From the NCBI RefSeq assembly GCF_001194135.2, contig NC_068988.1, positions 63,143,416-63,189,653 on the forward strand: a stretch of DNA of 46,238 nt, given 5' to 3'. A model generated the notes under the pieces. It saw nothing but the letters and a program-made list of their open reading frames with translations. It had not been told where the DNA came from and did no database searches. This stretch comes from Octopus bimaculoides (Eukaryota). Shown here piece after piece: positions 1-11,665 of the stretch (position 1 is its first letter; the number at the start of each line of letters is the position of its first letter). A program made the translations under genes and the position numbers.

Positions 1-134
1 TTATATAAGTATCTATATACCTACATATAATAACATCCCAGTCAATCCACTCAGACAAGAGTGCATATTTCGCTAAATATACCTGAAAGGACCTTAAATT
101 CTGTACAACACACAGGCGCGCACGAAGAAAAGAA

Positions 135-189
<55 letters not shown>

Positions 190-597
190 TATATGTTCGC
201 TTCTGTACACACAAGCACGTACATATAACGTAGTATATACATTCGTAATAGCTATTTCCGGCAAAAGTTAACCTCGTGCAGTATTAACTGTGACCTTCAA
301 CAGCCAGGATGATTGACATAGATTCTGAATTACCCTGAACATAAAAACATATATAAAAACGCAAAAACAAAACCATACAGTAGGAGCTTTCTCTCTTAGA
401 ACGAAACGTCGAAGATGCAAAGCTACTGCATATATGCATAAAATAACAGACTACACAGCCACGACAAAGAGCAATCGTAGGTGCTCGGTGCAATTTAATA
501 TAATTATGTTTTCATTTTCGAAATTGGAAAGATATGCATCTCTCAAGTATGTAGCTAGCAAATTGCTCCTTAAACTAGGCAGTAAACTTCCAGAAAC

Positions 598-790
598 TTT
601 ACTTGTTTCAGTTAGTTGACTGCGGCCATGCTGGAGCACTGCCTTTAGTCGAACAAGTGAATCGCTGGACTTATTCTTTGTAAGCCTAGTAATTATTCTA
701 TCGGTTAATTTTACCGAACCCCTAAGTTACGGGGACGTAAACACACTAGCATCTGTTGTCAGGCGATGTTTCGGGGACAAACACGCACAC
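598..790 (-). mobile_element. SINE family A, 3' half (5'-truncated copy)
   Basis: Co-linear match to 15325-15540 (acttgtttcagt..tgactgcggccatgctggagcac..ctttagtcgaacaa..ggacttattctttgtaagcctagta..ctaagttacggggac..aaacac); runs into a (TG)n tract. Confidence 0.9.
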
Positions 791-814
791 AAGTATATGC
801 ATGTACATACATAT

Positions 815-858
<44 letters not shown>

Positions 859-2029
859 GTATATACAAATATCTGAGTGTTTGTATGTGGTACTGTGTGT
901 GCGTTTTTATATAAATTCATTAGCATATGTGTAGATGCATATGAGCTTATATATATGCCTGTACATATAATGTGTGTGAGTATGTGTATGCGTGTGTGTT
1001 TGAGTGTGTGTGAGTTTCTGTGTATATGTCTATTTATATTGTTGTTGTTGTATTTGGCATCCATTTGTCTCGGGAGACAATGGAGTTGCGCAGAAACTAA
1101 TGCATTCTAGTTTTTACATTTCATATCCTCTTCAGTTTCCTCTCCAGTTTTGCGCAGGCCTGGGCTAGATGTAAGAAAATCCTGGGAAGCCCAATCGTTA
1201 GGATTCCTCTCTCGACCTTTCTGACGGCGTCTAAGGGGGNNNNNNNNNNNNNNNNNNNNNNNNNNNNNNNNNNNNNNNNNNNNNNNNNNNNNNNNNNNNN
1301 NNNNNNNNNNNNNNNNNNNNNNNGGAGCATTACGTTTGGCACCAGCTTGGTTGCAGGAGCTGCCGGAAGATTGTTGAGTCGAACACTAAACCGCCTACGG
1401 GGCTCCACTCCGGATTTCTTTGAAGGTTGTCCCCTTTCTGTTCCCCCGCATATGGGCCCATACTGGGTAATGTCAGCCGGAGCCAGCTGAGCCTGAGACT
1501 CGTCTCAGGCAGGGTTGTCATTCCTTGAAATAGTGAAGAAAATCGCTACCCACTACCTAAATTTATATATATATATATATACACACACCTATATATACAC
1601 ACACCTNNNNNNNNNNNNNNNNNNNNNNNNNNNNNNNNNNNNNNNNNNNNNNNNNNNNNNNNNNNNNNNNNNNNNNNNNNNNNNNNNNNNNNNNNNNNNN
1701 NNNNNNNNNNNNNNNNNNNNNNNNNNNNNNNNNNNNNNNNNNNNNNNNNNNNNNNNNNNNNNNNNNNNNNNNNNNNNNNNNNNNNNNNNNNNNNNNNNNN
1801 NNNNNNNNNNNNNNNNNNNNNNNNNNNNNNNNNNNNNNNNNNNNNNNNNNNNNNNNNNNNNNNNNNNNNNNNNNNNNNNNNNNNNNNNNNNNNNNNNNNN
1901 NNNNNNNNNNNNNNNNNNNNNNNNNNNNNNNNNNNNNNNNNNNNNNNNNNNNNNNNNNNNNNNNNNNNNNNNNNNNNNNNNNNNNNNNNNNNNNNNNNNN
2001 NNNNNNTATATATATATATATATATATAT

Positions 2030-2082
2030 TCGTTTGCTTGTTTCAGTCATTTGACTGCAGCCAAGCTGGAGCATCGCCTTGA
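2030..2082 (-). mobile_element. SINE family A, 3'-tail fragment
   Basis: ttgtttcagtcatttgactgcagccaagctggagcatcgcctt matches the 3' end of the copies at 598-790 and 15325-15790. Confidence 0.8.
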
Positions 2083-5061
2083 TACATAACTATGTATATG
2101 CGTATATATCAACATGTTTGTGCATGTCTGTTTGTGTGTGTTTATGTATGTGAATAGGTGCACCATTTGTTTTTGAAAAAGCAGCTCAAGACTTTCGTAT
2201 AACTCTGCTAATGGTTGCGTGATCATGAAATTCCTTCGGAAATTCGTCAGAGACAAGTATGCCAATTAAACTAATATACTTTTCCCCTTTAATTGTTAGC
2301 ATTAAACGTAGCCCTCTTTTCAAATTTCCGATTGAAATGCGCCAAAAATTTCATATTTGATCTCAAGTGCAACACAGTTTGAAAACGATTGAGAGCATCG
2401 CCATTGAAGTGTTCTAATCATTTATCCGTTTCCAGATTAGTGCAGTAGCGTTGACTTAATTGAATGTGTTAAATGGCATGCATTGTTTACTGAGATGTAG
2501 CAATAACAAAGCGAATTAACATATAAATCCTAAGTTTTTAAAAGCTATTATATGCCAAACATCAGCTATGTTCTAACAGTCTATGCAGAATAAAGTCGGT
2601 GTCTTTCGCGAAACTTATTTGATTATCAAAAGAGATGATTTGAAATATTATATTAATAAAATGTTCCATCATTCAGCCTGCCAAATTTTTCGTGAAATGT
2701 GCCAAGAATTGTGATAGTCTTATTAGAGAAATCTAGACACGAATTTATAGATTCTCTTCACGTTATAGTAAAATTAAAATACATTAGCAGTTGCCAGATT
2801 ATTACAAAGACTCAATTTACAAACACCTTGGCTGGTTGTGACACGAAACAAGTAGAAAAAATGAGTTAACTGTTTCAAAATGTTTATAGGCTGATAAGTT
2901 CAACTTTATATCACTACCAACGAATTTTCTCTGAATTCAGAGCAGGTATTATATGACATTTTGAATGATTGAATTTGTTTTGTCTGATCTTTTGATATTG
3001 CTTGTAATTTGTTCAACCGCCATTTCATATTTATAACGCAGATTGATACCATAGCTCCCTCAATACACAGAGTTAACTATTTTTTTAGTGCGATTTTTAT
3101 TATGAGTTTCTCATTAGATCGCGCACACTCACAAACGCACACACGCATACGCCCACACACACACACGTGTATTATAAAGTTTACAATGTGTTTTGTATGC
3201 AGGGGACCTAACCAGTGCTAGGAAAGAGCAACGTAGTTTACTGCTTTATTCTCCTAAAGACACATGTAAAATGCATATCCATATACATTGTTCCATGTGC
3301 TGCAAAATATACTATTATACATGAATACAACAACAGGTAATCCCTACAGATAATATCATTTATCTTTCGATATTTTCATTCTAAACACGACACAGATTAT
3401 ATAGACGCATAATATACGAACCCCTGCAGTGTACGTCACAAGAAAGTGACATCTTCTTTTCAGGAAGAGAGAATGATTAACGTACTCGACTCATTGGCAC
3501 ACGGTATTGGAGAGCGCTGGTGCTTCGGCATGTTGAGTCTCGCCAGCCGGATGTTGCTGGTACTCTGAGCCCAAAAGCAGCCGCTGGTTTCGTTTGCGAG
3601 TAATCGTTCCAAATCTGGATGTACACGTTGCAAATAACAATTTCTTTAACGTTTGGTAGATGTAAGCACTTATCAGCAAACAACAGAGGTGCGTTTGCTA
3701 TGTGTTATGCATGGAAGACACTAATTTGCCGACAGCCCTTGTTTATAGTCAGATAATCATTTGTGCCAAGCACCAAAGCAATCTGGTCCTGTGTAATAAG
3801 CACGCTTCTAAGGGCCAGCTTCGAAATCTGAAATACAAACCTGATGGCATGGGAATGGGTGGCATTCTCATGCCTTCACTGGAGATATTCATGCTGCCAA
3901 TCCATTTCTGACTTTGAGGCAGCCAGGATTAACATTTTGAGGGAAAAGTAAAAAGGGCCCCAGTTTAGAACAACTGCAACATCTGCAACAGGCTCTGAAA
4001 GTCCGAGATAGGTCTGCATTTGACATGACAAGACATCGATCTCTGAGAGCCGAGTCATGCTATACCCTCATTCGACGAAGTGACAGATGAGGCAATCAAT
4101 ATGTATTCACAGATATATATTATACACGCATATATATATAGCACATGTGTATAGCATATTATATATTCAGTATGCACAAATGTAGACATACATATATGTA
4201 TATATATTTGTGTTTGTATCTGCGAATATTTTTATGTGCATATGTGTCTGTGTATATATGTATCTATGCAACTTTCCAAATACGTATATAATATGATTTC
4301 CCACTATAATTAGTCGTTATCTCTTAGTCAATATCCTTCAAATTCTCTTTACTATCTTCACTTATTTGTCTCTTCATACCTCTTTCTCTCACAAATCTTT
4401 CTCATCCCCTCTATAACACCATATTTTCTTTCTTATCATGGTTCATCCAGTTGAGAGGTTGGTTCGTTCGAGGGCAGATTCACAATTTGGCGGATGTAAA
4501 TCAGAAAACCACGAGGGGTTATATCAAATTCAACTCATTCCTCACGACAGGTCATTCACCCGAAAAGACTAATGAGCTGCTTGTAGCCATGGCGGAATAT
4601 CAAGATTCTGGCAGATACTTGCATTTCGCGCTCCATTGCATTTCAAGTAAAATTCTTCAAGTTTTCATCTTCTGGCTAAATCAATATCATAGACTGCAAA
4701 TATGTTTTGCAGAATGTGCATATATTTAACTTCTACACAACATTCACGCACACAGAATACATATACACAAACACACATATGAATAAATACGGAGAATTCA
4801 TTTCCATGAGACTATACATACATTGATGTACATATATGTGTGTGTATATGAGCATGTGAGTGTGTGTTTGTGTATGCTTCCATATATGATTGCACGGATA
4901 TAGTTACAAACATACACCTATACATGTGAATATATACACCTATATACGTGTATCTAGACACATACATATATACGTTTATGTATGCATATACACACATATA
5001 CACATATAAATTATTTCATAAATATACGTGTATGCACACGCATATATAATGCATACATATG

Positions 5062-5118
<57 letters not shown>

Positions 5119-5969
5119 NNNNNNNNNNATGCATATATACTGTTAGTTATATATATAAATATACGTTCATATGCAGACAGCAGTACTCTTCATGTTTGTG
5201 ATCGTATTAATATCTAAAATATGCAATCACGTGAAATTACTGTATTTTGGATAAATTGCTGACAATCTCCATTAGGACTGGGAACCAAAATTCTTGAAGT
5301 ATTCACCTCCTGGCTGAATCAATATCTTATACCACATACTTTGGTAGAATGTTTATCGAACATGTATATTGACACATATAACTAGGAATACTTCACTAAC
5401 AATATGTGCGCTCGCTGCACGATGATAATTGCGAGGTTTCCATTCTTAGACCTGGTGACCTGTTGTGTATTTTTCAGAAGGTGTCTTTTTTAAGAATTGC
5501 TACAGTTTAATCAGCAGAAAATGAGCACAAATTGGGTCCTTGTACAGCTCTGCGTAACCGAAATTGATTAGAGAAAAGTATGACACAATTTACTCCTTTC
5601 TATTCACATGTAAATGTTACCATTTTATATGTCTGTTTCTATTATGATTACGAGTGGGTACGCATATGTGTGAATTCAGAGAATTTTGCAGGCATCACAG
5701 AAAGATGCACCTAGAATCTAGGCAATCGGTCAACGCAGTAATCATTTAGAAAGAAGAGTAAGGCAATCTCCTGGATATCACGTGATTGAATAAGTATGTT
5801 CACATTTCATACGAAACCACATAATGATGTTCTACATACGTATTTTTGTATGTCATTGTTCAGTTTTATTTCAAGATTATTTGCCAATAAAGAGCCGGTT
5901 TTTAACCTAGACCCAATGCTACTTCATTCGAATTTCAACATTAACAACAGGGAATATCTGTTTGTAACT

Positions 5970-6100
5970 ATGTATGTATGTATACATGTATGTATGTATG
6001 TATGTATGTATGTATGTATGTATGTATGTATGTATGTGTGTGTGTATGTATGTATGTATGTACGTACGCATGTATGTATGCATTATGTATACATGTATGT
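5970..6100. repeat. (TATG)n microsatellite
   Basis: Direct reading of tandem tatg units. Confidence 0.95.
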
Positions 6101-6448
6101 ATGCTATCAAATCCTTCTTTCGAAATACATGGGCTGCAACTGAGAAGTACTTGGAATATGCGACAGGAGCGATAATTAAAGAGGTAAGACGTTTACCGAC
6201 TGTTTCTTGGACAATCCTTATATGCTTTATTTTATTTACATCTTGAACATTTTTACAATCGTTTAATTAATATTTTTATCCATATATTTATATGTGGTAC
6301 TTTTATATATATAGATCTATTGACCTGTATTAAATTGTATTAATGTATGTGTATTTTTCAGAATGTTTAAAATTTTGCGTCTAAGAATTTGGTGATTGAC
6401 CTACATATTGTTTCTTAATTTACCTCTTTAATTATGTATGTATGTATG

Positions 6449-6498
<50 letters not shown>

Positions 6499-6844
6499 TA
6501 TATATTAATGCATGAGCTTGCAATATAGTATATGGATACATAGGATAGTGTGACAATCAAGTAAACCTCTTCTAGCGTACCCGGCGAGCAGATCATATTG
6601 CAATCTGATACGGAGGAGTATAAATCAGAGTTCGATGCAGCTTAAAAGCAGAAGATTTGATGGAAGAGAATATTTCACGAGGACTAAAAAAAGCCAGAAT
6701 ATACGAGAGATAAATATAGTTATTTGACTATTTGTCATTCTTTGCTTTACGACATTTTCGTAGACTTCATTATGTAAAGATGACAAGTGGTTAAATGTTC
6801 ACCCCTCAAACCTCCTAACATGTTATGTTTTATCTCTCCATCTT

Positions 6845-6977
6845 TTTTTTCCTCTCGGTCGAAGAACATAGACTCGAAAGTTCAAAGAAGTTTCGGTTAT
6901 TCCCGAAGGTCAAAGTAATACAACAGCTTGTTGTTCTCTCACCTGTCTTTGTCATTTGTTTTCTATAAATTTGAACT
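6845..6977 (+). mobile_element. Probable Penelope-like element terminal-repeat remnant with decayed hammerhead-like motif
   Basis: gtcgaagaacatagactcgaaagtt resembles the CUGAUGA-stemII-GAAAC layout but with core substitutions. A pyrimidine-rich tail follows and ends in (TA)n. Family assignment is from recognition only. Confidence 0.35.
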
Positions 6978-6992
6978 ATATATATATATATA

Positions 6993-7105
6993 TAGGGTCT
7001 GGGTACATGGAATAAATAAAATAATAACATAAACAATTAAATATAAGAAATAATCATTTCTTAAAGTATGTGTTAATCCCCATGTACCCAGACTTTGTGG
7101 ACACC

Positions 7106-7108
<3 letters not shown>
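6993..7108. mobile_element. Tc1/mariner-type MITE (about 115 bp)
   Basis: Inverted repeats gtctgggtacatgg (6997-7010) and ccatgtacccagac (7080-7093). The right end reads ..actttgtggacaccctg|TA (TA-CAGGGTGTCC-type end). The left TIR has an internal deletion. Both flanks are (TA)n, consistent with a TA target site. Confidence 0.75.
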
Positions 7109-7143
<35 letters not shown>

Positions 7144-7626
7144 NNNNNNNNNNNNNNNNNNNNNNNNNNNNNNNNNNNNNNNNNNNNNNNNNNNNNNNNN
7201 NNNNNNNNNNNNNNNNNNNNNNNNNNNNNNNNNNNNNNNNNNNNNNNNNNNNNNNNNNNNNNNNNNNNNNNNNNNNNNNNNNNNNNNNNNNNNNNNNNNN
7301 NNNNNNNNNNNNNNNNNNNNNNNNNNNNNNNNNNNNNNNNNNNNNNNNNNNNNNNNNNNNNNNNNNNNNNNNNNNNNNNNNNNNNNNNNNNNNNNNNNNN
7401 NNNNNNNNNNNNNNNNNNNNNNNNNNNNNNNNNNNNNNNNNNNNNNNNNNNNNNNNNNNNNNNNNNNNNNNNNNNNNNNNNNNNNNNNNNNNNNNNNNNN
7501 NNNNNNNNNNNNNNNNNNNNNNNNNNNNNNNNNNNNNNNNNNNNNNNNNNNNNNNNNNNNNNNNNNNNNNNNNNNNNNNNTGTGTGTGTGTGTGTGTGTG
7601 TGTGTGTCTGTGTGTGTGTGTACTTT

Positions 7627-7880
7627 TGCGGTTAGGGTACTCGGCTAACGATCGTACGGCCGTGAGTTCAATTGCCGCCGACAATTTGCCACTCAGCTGT
7701 CAAAGATTAATTAATACCTGTATTTCAAAGGGCTAGCTCTGTCACATTCATTATCACGCAGCATTTCCCTGGGAATTTAGGTCATGTGGAGTGCTCAGCC
7801 AGATGCACGTTCATTTCAAGAGGAAACTATTCGTTGATCGGATCATGGAACACTGGTCGCCGTAACGACAGAGTGACAGT
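7627..7880 (+). mobile_element. SINE family C, diverged copy
   Basis: Reverse-complement homology to 16975-17357 (acctgtatttcaaag..tgtcacattc..gtggagtgctcagcca..tgcacgtt..gttgatcggatca..cgtaacgac.gagtg). Confidence 0.75.
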
Positions 7881-8071
7881 TATACACATAGAACAGTGGT
7901 ACAACTATGCACCAATATTTACAGGAAATAACAGTCGATAATATACGACGTTATAGTAAAGCTTTACTGCATATCTATACTGGCAAAGATGTTTGCGTGC
8001 GGCAAACATAAAAAAAAATGCATTTTACCTATAGGAAGAACATTAAATAAATGTACATCCCAAATGTTGAT

Positions 8072-8147
8072 AATCTAGGATCTAGGTTTCGAAGTTTCCA
8101 AATTACGTTCGCTAACGTAAATTTGATTAGTTCTCTTCAGCTAGATT
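8072..8147 (-). ncRNA. Type I minimal hammerhead ribozyme (one stem III mismatch)
   Basis: The minus strand reads AAUCUAG-CUGAAGA-[43-nt stem II: GAA/UUC base, UUACGUU/AACGUAA upper stem]-GAAA-CCUAG-AUC-CUAGAUU. Stem I is a perfect 7 bp and the core residues are intact. The predicted cleavage site is between 8079 and 8078. Confidence 0.7.
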
Positions 8148-8257
8148 CACCTAGACAAAATTTTGAATGCTGCTACATCAGTGCCAGTATACTTGTCTGT
8201 ACGTCTGGCCGTTAACAGACCGAGAACAGTGAAAAAGTTTATATATATAATGTATGC

Positions 8258-8314
<57 letters not shown>

Positions 8315-9037
8315 TATACCTATCTCTATTCAAGTGTATATGAAGGTATGCAAAAGATAAAAACTGGAAGTCAACATAAACTGTACTGCCAGGCAAACTC
8401 ATTCACAACATTTTGGAAACCCGGATTACATACTTGATGAGGTCTAGAAAATAATTGAAAATAAATGCAAAAGACTCCGTAAACCAGACACATATATATA
8501 CATGCGTGTGTCTCTTTGTGTCTGTGTGTTTGTGTGTGTGTGTGTGTGTGTGATTGTATGTGTGTGTGTGTGAATATATACAGACGTAGTTGAATATAGA
8601 TTTGGAGCTAAGAATTTTGGTGTGTTTGTAGGAAAGTGAGCATGCATTCATATTTGTCTATAAATACGCAAATATCTCTCAATATCACTTTCTTTTTCCC
8701 TGTCTCTCTCTCCCTCACTCTGTCTCTATATATTTATTTATATATGTATATAACTGTATGCATGTATATATATGCATGACTCTTTATACTACTAGAACTG
8801 ATGCAGGTGTATATAGTAATAAACAGTTGAGAATATTACTTTAATTTATACTAACAAATAATGTTTAAGTATATATGTGCCCCCGTGAGTGTTTATACTT
8901 ACCTAATTAGTAAGTATAGCTTAATATTTGAGCTATAGTATGGACCTCTACTTGCACGTAATTCCTGAATCAATATATCTAACTATCTATCTATCTATCT
9001 ATCTATCTATTTGTATCTCGGACTATCTATGTATCTA

Positions 9038-9094
<57 letters not shown>

Positions 9095-9307
9095 NNNNNN
9101 NNNNNNNNNNNNNNNNNNNNNNNNNNNNNNNNNNNNNNNNNNNNNNNNNNNNNNNNNNNNNNNNNNNNNNNNNNNNNNNNNNNNNNNNNNNNNNNNNNNN
9201 NNNNNNNNNNNNNNNNNNNNNNNNNNNNNNNNNNNNNNNNNNNNNNNNNNNNNNNNNNNNNNNNNNNNNNNNNNNNNNNNNNNNNNNNNNNNNNNNNNNN
9301 NNNNNNN

Positions 9308-9339
<32 letters not shown>

Positions 9340-9354
9340 TGTGGGTGTATACAA

Positions 9355-9402
<48 letters not shown>

Positions 9403-11598
9403 GCAAAGATTTAGAAAAAAGCAGGAATAAAAAGATCACACGCAGATAAACAGGCAATCAGACAATCAGAACGACAGACCGACACAGAAAAAGAGAGAGA
9501 GAGAGAGAGGCTGATGGAAGAAGCTTAAGAAGACGAGAAAAATAGCTGGTGGCAAATTGACAAAGGTATTCACAAGAGAATATCTCATGTACAGGCAGGC
9601 GTAATAAGATATAATATGTGAGTGAAGGAGGTTTACAAGGATTAATGCGAGTATGGCAGTTGGTCTGCAGAAAGATAAGACTACTAAGTAGAGAAAGCAT
9701 TGATGTAACATACTAAGCACCATATATCCGTGTTATACTTACTGTGTCTTATCTTGAAGCAAATAGCATTATTGAGGTGTCCAAATGGTAATTTTAATCT
9801 TTCTCTCGGCAATGACACCCACATACCCAACACAAATTATATATGCATCATGTATGTTTTTGCCTACATGTAAATCTCTTACTGTATGCGTATAGATGTG
9901 TATGTATGTATGTATGTGCGTGTGTGTGTGTACAGGTGTATCTGTATGTGTGCGTGTGTATACGTTTGTGCTTCTATGTGCGTATGTAAATATGTATCTA
10001 TGTTTTATATATTATGTATGAGTCTATACAGCTTTATATACTTAACTATTTCTTGTATGAAAAACAATTTGCATGACTTTATAAATATATTTATACATAC
10101 ACATTTGTACATATGCACACAAACGTTTATGTATATATATATATATATATATATATNNNNNNNNNNNNNNNNNNNNNNNNNNNNNNNNNNNNNNNNNNNN
10201 NNNNNNNNNNNNNNNNNNNNNNNNNNNNNNNNNNNNNNNNNNNNNNNNNNNNNNNNNNNNNNNNNNNNNNNNNNNNNNNNNNNNNNNNNNNNNNNNNNNN
10301 NNNNNNNNNNNNNNNNNNNNNNNNNNNNNNNNNNNNNNNNNNNNNNNNNNNNNNNNNNNNNNNNNNNNNNNNNNNNNNNNNNNNNNNNNNNNNNNNNNNN
10401 NNNNNNNNNNNNNNNNNNNNNNNNNNNNNNNNNNNNNNNNNNNNNNNNNNNNNNNNNNNNNNNNNNNNNNNNNNNNNNNNNNNNNNNNNNNNNNNNNNNN
10501 NNNNNNNNNNNNNNNNNNNNNNNNNNNNNNNNNNNNNNNNNNNNNNNNNNNNNNNNNNNNNNNNNNNNNNNNNNNNNNNNNNNNNNNNNNNNNNNNNNNN
10601 NNNNNNNNNNNNNNNNNNNNNNNNNNNNNNNNNNNNNNNNNNNNNNNNNNNNNNNNNNNNNNNNNNNNNNNNNNNNNNNNNNNNNNNNNNNNNNATCTAG
10701 AGTGAGGGTGTGAGATGGGGAAAGAAATGACTGTTACATAGATAGGTTTAGATACATCAATGTACACATACTGGTTTGTTTGTATATCTGTGTTCCTCTT
10801 CAAATATGTTAACTTGACCATGTTTTCGGAGGCATCTACAAATTTATACGATCAAGCAGAAGAATACGTTTTGGGTTGCTTTTTTACCGTATCAGAACAC
10901 TTCGTTTTTATCATTCGTAACGGAATTGAAAAGGAAATTCAAATAAAACTTATTCCAGACCTCTTCATTATACTCTTACTTATTAAAAAGACACCCGCTT
11001 TCCCAAATTAAAATAATGTATGTTTTCTATTAATCTTAGCGACATATATATATATCCTGGTATGTTTAATATAAAACAAAAAAAATTTCATATCTCTCAT
11101 GATGGATTAATATAGATGGCATTTGTATCTAAACTAAGATGCTTTCACACAGAGTCAATTAGAAACACTGCCACATACCTTATGCGGTATTTATACTCAG
11201 TCTATCCACCGATGCCTTATAGATACAATTGCATCCAATGACATTCAGTCAACTTGTCCATTTAGAATTTTAAACTTCAAAATTTTAACAGTTCTGTTCA
11301 GCCAAGGAACAGCAAGAGCTCAGTAGACTTTTGTCAATTAGGAAAATATATCCACACTGAAACCGGATGTCTAATTACATTGTCTTCCACATATTGTGCA
11401 TAACACCACACAGTGTTAAAGATTTACTCTGGACAAATGTTTATTAGTTTATCGTTATACGTTAGTCTTTCTGTTGATTTAAATACGGCTGTGTCTTAAT
11501 TATGCACTGTCAGCTCAAAGATCTGGTTTTGCAAGTTTTGAATTTTGCACGCACACACACACACACACACACATGCTCATCTCCATATACATACATAC

Positions 11599-11665
<67 letters not shown>

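Noticed and set aside
375-415. GAAACGTC preceded by a cagtagga word
   Set aside because: Too degenerate to call; at most another decayed hammerhead-type end.
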